Of a stretch of DNA of 63,307 nt, positions 56,039 through 63,307 are shown piece after piece. The translations under genes and the position numbers were made by a program. Numbering within the stretch: position 1 is the first letter of the stretch; each line of letters opens with the position of its first letter. The notes under the pieces are model-generated. The model saw only the letters and a list, made by a program, of their open reading frames with translations, made no database searches and was not told the DNA's origin. Location of the stretch: contig DAJQ01000023.1 of the NCBI GenBank assembly GCA_002496395.1, forward strand, positions 1 through 63,307, written 5' to 3'. This DNA is from Methanocorpusculaceae archaeon UBA456 (lineage in GTDB: Archaea; Halobacteriota; Methanomicrobia; Methanomicrobiales; Methanocorpusculaceae).

Positions 56039-57220
56039 ATGCGGTGTGCAGGCGATATCGAAGCCCGGCAGGTGGATGAGACCGCAATCAACATCGATCC
56101 GATCCAGGTGGGCGGCCGGCTCACGGCTGATGCGATGAAGGCGGTGATCGCATACGGCGACGGCTATTCGGTCTGTGACAACTGCCGCAAGCCTTTCCGG
56201 CTCGACTATATCAAAAAACCGCCGATTGCAGACTTCCATGCCGATCTCGCCACCTGGCTTGAGATGGATGCCTGCCGGGTTGTCCCCGGTGCACGGCGCG
56301 GGTTCCAGGCGGTCTGCCAGGGGATGGTGCAGAAGGGCGATCCGGTGATCCTGACCGCACTCTCCCACTATACCGAGTTCATTGCAACCGAATCTGTGGG
56401 AGCGGTCCCGCGTGAGATCCCAAAGGATGAGAAGAACCATATCACCCCGGATGCTGCCGCAGAGACGATCGAGCGGGTGATCAGAACAGAAGGCAAAACT
56501 CCGGCACTTCTCTTCGTCGAGGGGGTGGACTACCAGTTCGGAAACCACCATGACATCAGGGGGATCGCTAAAGTAGCCCACAGCTACGATATCCCGGTAC
56601 TCTATAATGGTGCATATACGGTCGGTATCCTCCCGGTATCCGGAAGAGAGCTTGGTGTCGATTTTGTGATAGGCTCAGGCCACAAGTCGATGGCGGCACC
56701 GGCACCCTCGGGCCTCGTTGCAACGACAGCAGAATATGCTGAGAGGATCTTTGCCACCACCGCAGTGAAGGGCGACCAGACCGGCAGGACATTTGGGATC
56801 AAGGAGGTCGCGATGATGGGCTGCACCTTGATGGGCGTCACCGTGATGGGGATGATGGCGTCATTCCCCCATGTGAAGGAGCGGGTGCTTGCCTGGGATG
56901 AGGAGCTTCGGAAGGCAAAGATCGTAATAGATTCCCTCCTTGCAATCGAAGGGACAAAAATCCTCTCGGATATGCCACGGGAGCACACCCTGACCCGGAT
57001 CGACACGCGGGAGTCGTTTGACCGTGTTGCGGAGACGCATAAGAAACGCGGGTTCTTCTTCACGAGTGCGCTTGGAAAGAAAGGAATTACCGGAGTGATT
57101 CCGGGGGCAACCAAGATCTGGAAGTTCAATACCTACGGGATGACGGAGAGCCAGGCAGAATATACTGCGAACGTCTTCCTTGATATCGCACGTGAGAACG
57201 GCTTAACCGTCAATGACTGA
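56039..57220 (+). CDS. pscS: O-phosphoseryl-tRNA:Cys-tRNA synthase (SepCysS)
   Basis: NIDPIQVGG, YSVCDNC, SGHKSMAA (PLP lysine), MMGCTL. Confidence 0.93.
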   Translation: MRCAGDIEARQVDETAINIDPIQVGGRLTADAMKAVIAYGDGYSVCDNCRKPFRLDYIKKPPIADFHADLATWLEMDACRVVPGARRGFQAVCQGMVQKGDPVILTALSHYTEFIATESVGAVPREIPKDEKNHITPDAAAETIERVIRTEGKTPALLFVEGVDYQFGNHHDIRGIAKVAHSYDIPVLYNGAYTVGILPVSGRELGVDFVIGSGHKSMAAPAPSGLVATTAEYAERIFATTAVKGDQTGRTFGIKEVAMMGCTLMGVTVMGMMASFPHVKERVLAWDEELRKAKIVIDSLLAIEGTKILSDMPREHTLTRIDTRESFDRVAETHKKRGFFFTSALGKKGITGVIPGATKIWKFNTYGMTESQAEYTANVFLDIARENGLTVND

Positions 57221-58378
57221 CCCTGAGAGCGCGGTCCTTATGACTGCGCTTTCGACTGCTTTTTGTATCAGATCATCCATCGGGAGCTTCGCTTCCTCCT
57301 CTTCAATCTGGTGGATCGTCGCTGCGGTGGCGGGCTTCTTCGGCACCATCCGGCAGGCGTGATCGCCGGGGCGGGCGATGAATGTCCTGATCTTTTTGGC
57401 AAGGTTGACGATCTCCTCCTTATCATAGGTGATGAGGGGGCGGAGTACGGGGAGTGTGGCAGCCGGGGTGACGGTTGCCAGATTCTCGAGTGTCTGGGAT
57501 GCGACCTGCCCGAGATTATCACCATTCACAATGGCAGAGCATTGGTATTCTTCCCCGATCCGGCTCGCCACACGGTGCATGAACCGCTTGCAGAGGATAC
57601 AGCGAAACCGCGGTTCCTTCAGTGTGAGCAGTGCCGAGAAGAACGGCTCCATATCGACCTCGATGATTCCGATCGGCATTCCCATGCAGTGTGTCGAGAG
57701 GGTTTTTGCATGGGCAAAGGCATCGTCCCGCGTGGCGGCGCCTGCGTGCCTCCCGCCATTCATATGGAGGAGAAGGAGATCAGTCCCCCTGCGCATCATC
57801 AGCCACGCGGCAACCGGCGAGTCGATTCCAGCCGAGATGAGGCAGATTGCTCGTCCCTGTGTGCCGAGCGGCAGGCCCCCGGGACCGGGAGAGAAGGAGT
57901 CGGTGACAAAACCCCCGTAATGGCGGGCTTCAACAAAGACCTCATACTCCGGGTTCGTGAGATCGACTCTAAAATCCGGGTAGGCATCAAGGATCTCTGA
58001 TCCGACGAATGCCCCGAGCTCCTGGCTGGTGAAGCCTTTGACCGCCTCCCGCCGTGCCCGGACCGCAAAAGAGCCATTCCGCCTGCCTGATGCTGATACC
58101 CGTTCCACTGCCGCCGCAGCAATCGCCTCCATCGTCGGATCTGTCCGGGTGACGACCGAGGTGTCCACGACCCCAAAGACACGGGCGGCCTCTGCTGCGC
58201 GAGCCGGATCGTCGCAGTTGATATAGAGCCGCCCCCGGTGCTCCTCCATTGTATGGGCAAGCCCTACCGCCTCAAGAGCCCGTCCAATGTTCCGGGTGAG
58301 AATCCTGATGTAGTGGTGCATGACCGATTCGCTCTTCAGGAAGAGTTCCCCGTACCGCACCATCACCTGCTGCTGCAT
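57203..58378 (-). CDS. thiI: tRNA sulfurtransferase ThiI
   Basis: VRYGELFLKS, THUMP domain, GGLPLG, SAGIDSPVA, CILCKR, GDNLGQVASQT, LRPLI. Confidence 0.93.
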   Translation of the reverse strand: MQQQVMVRYGELFLKSESVMHHYIRILTRNIGRALEAVGLAHTMEEHRGRLYINCDDPARAAEAARVFGVVDTSVVTRTDPTMEAIAAAAVERVSASGRRNGSFAVRARREAVKGFTSQELGAFVGSEILDAYPDFRVDLTNPEYEVFVEARHYGGFVTDSFSPGPGGLPLGTQGRAICLISAGIDSPVAAWLMMRRGTDLLLLHMNGGRHAGAATRDDAFAHAKTLSTHCMGMPIGIIEVDMEPFFSALLTLKEPRFRCILCKRFMHRVASRIGEEYQCSAIVNGDNLGQVASQTLENLATVTPAATLPVLRPLITYDKEEIVNLAKKIRTFIARPGDHACRMVPKKPATAATIHQIEEEEAKLPMDDLIQKAVESAVIRTALSGSVIDG

Positions 58379-58455
58379 AAGGTACTAGTGGGACTCAATA
58401 GCAGATGAGAGGAGCGGTAACCTCTTTAAAGATCTGAGTAGGATGGTACAATGAA

Positions 58456-59076
58456 ATGGCGCGGAAGAAGAGTGAAGCAAAGAAAGAAGAGCCGATGAAG
58501 CTCTTCTATATCTTCTATAATCAGGAACGATGGGATAACTGGCTCACAACGCTTTCAGGTGCAGACTTTGAGGGCGATGGCGAGGAGATGCCTGAAGGCT
58601 TCCGGCTGCTTGAGAACTTCAGCGAGGATATCACGCTCGCCGTCCTGAAGATCATCAAACTCTGGCAGAACGAGCGGATCTCTCTTGAGGATGCCGCAGA
58701 GAAGCTCGCTGAGGTAGAGGCGATTGTGATGGGGCCGGTTCCCGAGGATGAGCTTGGCGAGATCATCGGATCGGTCCAGATCGCGATGATGGTCGTCTTC
58801 GCCTCATGCCGGAACTTCCTTGCCGGCATCACTGATGCGGATATCAAGGCCCTTGTGAAAGACGGGAAGAAGGCAGCAGACAAGGATCCCGAAGAGACGC
58901 TTCGGATTGCAGCTGAGATCGGATCGGCCGTCATCGGCGGTGCTGCCTGCTGTGCCCGGTACGTGAAGGATACGGATGACCCGACGATCTTTGACGAGTG
59001 GCTTGCGGCTGTCGAGAAGATGGGCGAGGCGATGAAGTCCCTGAAGAAATTCGATGAGGAAGTCGGAGAAGCCTGA
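58456..59076 (+). CDS. Conserved methanogen protein (DUF2150-like)
   Basis: FYIFYNQERWDNW...EDITLAVLKI pattern, recalled. Confidence 0.75.
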   Translation: MARKKSEAKKEEPMKLFYIFYNQERWDNWLTTLSGADFEGDGEEMPEGFRLLENFSEDITLAVLKIIKLWQNERISLEDAAEKLAEVEAIVMGPVPEDELGEIIGSVQIAMMVVFASCRNFLAGITDADIKALVKDGKKAADKDPEETLRIAAEIGSAVIGGAACCARYVKDTDDPTIFDEWLAAVEKMGEAMKSLKKFDEEVGEA

Positions 59077-59529
59077 GTGATCGCAAGTAAAGCAAGGCTC
59101 CGTGCGGTTCGCAAGATTCAGCGGGTTGCCGGGTACCGCCTGCCTGATTTCGCCTTCCATGGTGCGAACCTGGAGATGATTGATGGCGGGATCAATTACG
59201 AGCAGCTCGATTCCACACTCCGGGAACAGCTCCTCCGGTTCCAGAAGGACTTTCTGGACTGCAACTGCAAAGGGAGGCCTCTCTGCGGATGCCCGGAGCA
59301 GAAGTTCGTCCTCATCCTCATCGAGCTCCGGACACTTGGCCTCGACCACCGCGAGATCCATGCCCATCTCCTCGACGAGTACGGGATCGACCTCTTCCCC
59401 GCCGATATCCTCTCATTCCTCGAAGACGCCGTCCACCGGCTCGAGGCAATCCGCGCAGTCGCCGAGCTCGAGGGGCAGCATGAGCTCGCGAAGAGGACGG
59501 AAGCGGCGATTAAGGGGATTGAGCAGTAA
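59077..59529 (+). CDS. Conserved archaeal protein (DUF5814-like)
   Basis: DFLDCNCKGRPLCGCPE...YGIDLFPADI. Confidence 0.7.
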   Translation: MIASKARLRAVRKIQRVAGYRLPDFAFHGANLEMIDGGINYEQLDSTLREQLLRFQKDFLDCNCKGRPLCGCPEQKFVLILIELRTLGLDHREIHAHLLDEYGIDLFPADILSFLEDAVHRLEAIRAVAELEGQHELAKRTEAAIKGIEQ

Positions 59530-59580
59530 GATTATTTTCGAAACCTGCTCCCAATCCCACATCACTCCTTTTCCTTTCTT

Positions 59581-60783
59581 TTACACTCCAATCTCCGCGG
59601 CTTTTGGCGAAATCGATCGGGAAAGCCAGGCAAATGCCCCCAATGCCGCGATCTGCATCAGGATGAGGTATCCGATCAGGATCCCGATATTGAACTCATA
59701 GAGCAGGCCGACGATGATGCTCCCGATGAACCAGCCACCTCCATAGAGTGTATTGAAGATCCCATACGCAGTTCCCCGTTTTGAGAGGGAGGTGAGGTCA
59801 GCCAGAGCCGCCCTGAGAACGGTCTCCTGGGATCCCATCGAGAGGCCCCAGAGGATGACCGCGAGAAGGGCAAACAGATAGTGGGAGGAGAATACCAGCA
59901 GTGCAATCGGGATATTGACAAGCGGGATGACAATCAGTATACCAAGGCCGATCCGATCATAGAGAACACCGATAATGAGCGCAAAGAAGGCATCGGCAGC
60001 CATTGCAATTGCATAGAAGATGGGGATCTGCGCCTCAGGGACGACCGAGGCCGAAGAGAAGTGGAATGCAATCAGCGGAAAGACTGCAAAGCCAGCCATC
60101 GTCAGGAAGGTGAATGTGCCATAGGGGAGCATAAGCTGTGGAAGCTTTCCGATATGCAGATGATCCCGTTTCACGGAATCAGCCTCCAGTGATACAGGAT
60201 CCGGGATCGTCCGGTATGCAACCAAGAGCGAGATTACGAGCAATATAAACGGAATTGAGAGCAGAGCAAAACCTGTTTGATATCCTCCCGATACCGCAAT
60301 CGAGAGGGCAAAGACGAGAGGTCCCGCAACAGCACCGATCTGATCCATCGCTTCGTGAATACCAAATCCGGTTCCGCGGCCAATCCTGTGCGCAGCATGG
60401 GAGAGGATGGTATCTTTTGCCGGTGACCGGATGCCTTTTCCCAGCCGTTCAAGAATGATGAGAATTGCCGCAATTTCCCATGCATGGGCAAAGACGAGGA
60501 GCGGTATCGCACCGATCATGAGATAGCCGATGATCGCGAAACTCCAGTAGGAGCCGGTCCGATCAGCAATATACCCGGATAGAAGGCGTACTGCATACCC
60601 GATGAACTCCGCAAATCCTGCAATAAATGCAACAACAAAGGCAGTCGCCCCGAGATAGAAGAGGAAAGGGCCTGTGATACTCCTTCCCGCTTCATACACC
60701 ATATCCCCAAAGAGGCTGACGATACCAAGAAGGAGGATCAGCTTAAGGGCTGGATTGCGTCTGAGGGAGAGGAGTAGGGTCAT
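59581..60783 (-). CDS. MFS transporter
   Basis: About 12 TM; SGYIADRTG, ERLGKGIRSP, GVLYDRIG. Confidence 0.9.
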   Translation of the reverse strand: MTLLLSLRRNPALKLILLLGIVSLFGDMVYEAGRSITGPFLFYLGATAFVVAFIAGFAEFIGYAVRLLSGYIADRTGSYWSFAIIGYLMIGAIPLLVFAHAWEIAAILIILERLGKGIRSPAKDTILSHAAHRIGRGTGFGIHEAMDQIGAVAGPLVFALSIAVSGGYQTGFALLSIPFILLVISLLVAYRTIPDPVSLEADSVKRDHLHIGKLPQLMLPYGTFTFLTMAGFAVFPLIAFHFSSASVVPEAQIPIFYAIAMAADAFFALIIGVLYDRIGLGILIVIPLVNIPIALLVFSSHYLFALLAVILWGLSMGSQETVLRAALADLTSLSKRGTAYGIFNTLYGGGWFIGSIIVGLLYEFNIGILIGYLILMQIAALGAFAWLSRSISPKAAEIGV

Positions 60784-60966
60784 CTGCGTTTCACGTTATT
60801 CTGAACTGCAACTCAACTGCATTTAAGCCTTGAGATATTATCAAAAGGAGTTTTTTGTATATGAATTTATCAAATTATCCACAATCAATTTACGTACCAT
60901 TGAAAAATATCATGGCAATATCAGATTCTTGAAACGTTTTTGTGTTTTAAGAACAGAAAAAGGGTC

Positions 60967-61770
60967 CTATCCCCCACTCTGCTCCACCATATCCGCAACC
61001 GTCACATCAGGATGATGGTACCGCCGCTTTCCCCGTGTCCTGCCCCCGATCTCGACTGCCGCCTGCGGGCACCAGTGGATGCAGGCATAGCACTGGGTGC
61101 AGTTTCTGCCCCAGGTGACAGCACTGTCAGTGACAGTGATGTTCTCTGTCGGGCAGATCCGGGTGCAGATCCCGCACCGGTTGCAGCGATCAGTTGCATG
61201 GAGCCGCCGGGTGGTGCCATAGACGGATGTTGCGAGGAAGCGGAAGAAGGACGCCACGATCCGGTACGGTGTTGAGTCCGATCCTTCGAGTGGGATCTCC
61301 CTTCTCCCGCGAATCAGCTCAGCAATCTCCGGGATCCGATCCCGTGCCGTTGAAAGTATCCCCTCAACCTTCTCCACCGGCTCCATCAGATCCATCGGCC
61401 CGACATAGTTCTCGGGCATAATGAGAGCAGCGCCAAGGGAGAGATGAGTACCTTTCTCCTTCAGGAGAGCATTCAGGTTATAGAGAGCACCCCCGGGCCG
61501 CTCGCCACAGGTGGCAATACCGAAGATATAGGGATTGCCGTTAAGCTGAAGTTCGCGGACAAAATCCTGCACAATCAGAGGCATATCCACATAATAAATC
61601 GGGAATGCGATCCCGATCGCATCTGCCGTCTCTGCCTCCGGCGGGAGGGGCCCGGCTTTCATCGCCCGCGTGATCGGAATGATGGTCGTATCGCCAAGAG
61701 CGTCTGCAAGCTGGCGGGCAACCGCGAGGGTGTTGCCGGTGCCGGTAAAGGAATAGATGATTGTTGTCAT
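60967..61770 (-). CDS. EFR1-family flavodoxin-ferredoxin protein
   Basis: YSFTGTGNT, FPIY, two CxxCxxCxxxCP motifs. Confidence 0.9.
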   Translation of the reverse strand: MTTIIYSFTGTGNTLAVARQLADALGDTTIIPITRAMKAGPLPPEAETADAIGIAFPIYYVDMPLIVQDFVRELQLNGNPYIFGIATCGERPGGALYNLNALLKEKGTHLSLGAALIMPENYVGPMDLMEPVEKVEGILSTARDRIPEIAELIRGRREIPLEGSDSTPYRIVASFFRFLATSVYGTTRRLHATDRCNRCGICTRICPTENITVTDSAVTWGRNCTQCYACIHWCPQAAVEIGGRTRGKRRYHHPDVTVADMVEQSGG

Positions 61771-61788
61771 GGTGTCATTTCAGAGGTA

Positions 61789-61830
61789 TTCAGTCAGGGG
61801 TTTTCAGTCAGGGGTTTTCAGTCAGGGGTA
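61789..61830. repeat. 14-nt tandem repeat, 3 copies
   Basis: TTCAGTCAGGGGTT twice plus TTCAGTCAGGGGTA. Confidence 0.9.
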
Positions 61831-61978
61831 CCCGGGATACAGAGAGGATTCACCTGCACCCATTCCCCTCCATTCATTCTCCCTGGAGTACAGTCCGGCA
61901 TAAAGGTATCCACACAGAGATCGCTCAGATCCCGTATGCCGCGAGGGAGGGGAGGGAAAGGGAAGGAGGAGAAGGAGG

Positions 61979-62191
61979 AATTCTGCCGCAAACGAAAAGA
62001 CACGGGCACTTGTGCGGCACTTCATCGATGAGTTCACCGAAAAGAACGGATCAATCAACTGCACCCGACTCCTCGGATATGACCTGAGCAAACAGGATGA
62101 ATATGAACAGTCACAGGCAGAGAACCTCTTCAAAACAAAATGCCCGCAGTATGTGAAAGATGCTACGCTGATCCTTGAGAGGATGGTGTAA
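61979..62191 (+). pseudogene. C-terminal remnant of a C-GCAxxG-C-C family protein
   Basis: ...FIDEFTEKNGSINCTRLLGYDL...KTKCPQYVKDATLIL*; no in-frame ATG upstream before a TAA at 61901. Confidence 0.65.
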
Positions 62192-62337
62192 TGACCAGAT
62201 ACCTACGACATACGAATAATAATCCCATCGTTTACCAACAGACTGGATATCCGAGCTGATCTGATCATTTTTCAGAAACCTGCACCCCCCAGAAACCACT
62301 ATATCGTTTTACTGTTAATATACTGGAGAATCTTCTC

Positions 62338-62410
62338 ACTCCCGTAGTGTAGGGGTCAATCATGCAGGACTTTGGATCCGGCGACGGCGGTTCGAATCCG
62401 CCCGGGAGTA
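62338..62410 (+). tRNA. tRNA-Gln (TTG)
   Basis: Acceptor ACTCCCG/CGGGAGT plus A, T-arm GGCGG-TTCGAAT-CCGCC, anticodon TTG at 62372-62374, A1-U72 pair. Confidence 0.93.
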
Positions 62411-62634
62411 TGAAAATAAACCAAATATTCTTTCTTTTCCCAATAGAGTCCAATAATCAACAATTCTGATTGAGAGCTCGTTCTTTACACTCCAAGAGTG
62501 CGGCCGTCGGACCAGATTGTATGGGGAATCGTTTTCTAAGCTATTGGAGGTCAGGTATCATCTCCTGTACAGAAGATCAGAAAGTTAACCTAACAATACT
62601 CTTTTATCATAATAAAACATATTTTGGATTATCC

Positions 62635-63307
62635 ATGCCTTCACTCTCAATAAAGACAATAAAGGGCAATAGATACCTCTACATACAGGATAGAGTAAAA
62701 GTTAACGCTAAATCCATTTCTATACAGAAATATTGCGGAAGATGTGAAAAAACAACCATTGATGACGTTATATCAAAACTCTCAGAACTGGAAGATCTGA
62801 GGTTAACAGTATTCCTCGACTACCGGCTCAGCCACTACCCATATACCATCCTTGATACCACCGGGGCAACCGCACTTGAAACAATCCGCTATTACTACCA
62901 ACGTTTCAAGGAGCGCTATCCCGATGAGAGCGACCGTTACCGTGACGCGATGTATATCCGGTACGTTCAGGGCACAACCGCCATAGAAGGAAACACGATC
63001 ACCCTCAGGGAAGCAGAGGAGCTTCTGGAACATGACATCTCACCTTCCGGCAAGAAGATGGAGGAGATATATGAGATCCACAACTTCATCACACTCAGAA
63101 GGTACCTTGAGAACTATTCCGGGGATATCACCGAGACGCTTATTAAGAAGATCCATGAACTGCTCCTACGCGGCATCCTCCATAGTCCCGGAGAGTACCG
63201 GAATATCCAGGTGGGAATTGAGAAGGCGGCATTTGAACCACCTCCGGCAATTCTTGTCCCTGATGAGATGAAGAAGCTGATCACATGGTATAGGAAGAAC
63301 CGGAAAA
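62635..63307 (+). CDS. Fic-family protein (3'-truncated by window edge)
   Basis: Frame is open from ATG 62635 to the window end: GTTAIEGNTITLRE...IHELLL...PGEYRNIQV; absent from the track because it has no stop. Confidence 0.8.
   Translation, partial: MPSLSIKTIKGNRYLYIQDRVKVNAKSISIQKYCGRCEKTTIDDVISKLSELEDLRLTVFLDYRLSHYPYTILDTTGATALETIRYYYQRFKERYPDESDRYRDAMYIRYVQGTTAIEGNTITLREAEELLEHDISPSGKKMEEIYEIHNFITLRRYLENYSGDITETLIKKIHELLLRGILHSPGEYRNIQVGIEKAAFEPPPAILVPDEMKKLITWYRKNRK

Noticed and set aside
61789-61830. Tandem repeat as a CRISPR array
   Set aside because: 14-nt units with no spacers and no cas genes; no CRISPR array was seen anywhere in the window.
62395-62410. att-like duplicate of the tRNA 3' end within the window
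   Set aside because: No second copy noticed by eye; it could lie beyond the right edge.

Overview
Archaeal chromosomal window from a hydrogenotrophic methanogen. The gene content (mfnD/mfnF, SepCysS, archaeosortase A, TBP, TFS, FdhC) points to Methanomicrobiales; the genus is not determined. Layout: (1) 1-9.5 kb is an accessory array of mostly minus-strand cassettes encoding secreted proteins with related signal peptides and duplicated 5' leaders. It includes an intact halocin C8-like precursor with a 76-aa, 12-Cys C-terminus, three coupled membrane/lipoprotein genes, and several decayed cassettes. (2) 9.5-17.3 kb is a patchwork: frameshifted hydrolase, RhuM remnant, bacterial-type shikimate kinase, Doc-like toxin with a convergent partner, CHASE4 kinase, transglutaminase and HD protein. 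(3) 17.3-30.8 kb is a wtpABC tungstate/molybdate transporter divergent from a six-gene cell-surface operon that carries about nine copies of a sulfite-oxidase-like (molybdopterin-binding) fold and ends in a second WtpA. (4) 30.9-34.8 kb holds small accessory genes, including a stand-alone condensation-domain protein. (5) 34.9-61.8 kb is mostly housekeeping (pth2, truD, sppA, artA, tfs, acs, tbp, rpiA, surE, mfnDF, fdhC, mre11-rad50-nurA-herA, pscS, thiI). (6) tRNA-Gln(TTG) is followed by a Fic gene that runs off the window. The two best candidates for undescribed systems are the halocin-containing cassette array and the Wtp-linked surface operon. All family assignments come from motif recognition by eye; no searches were run.
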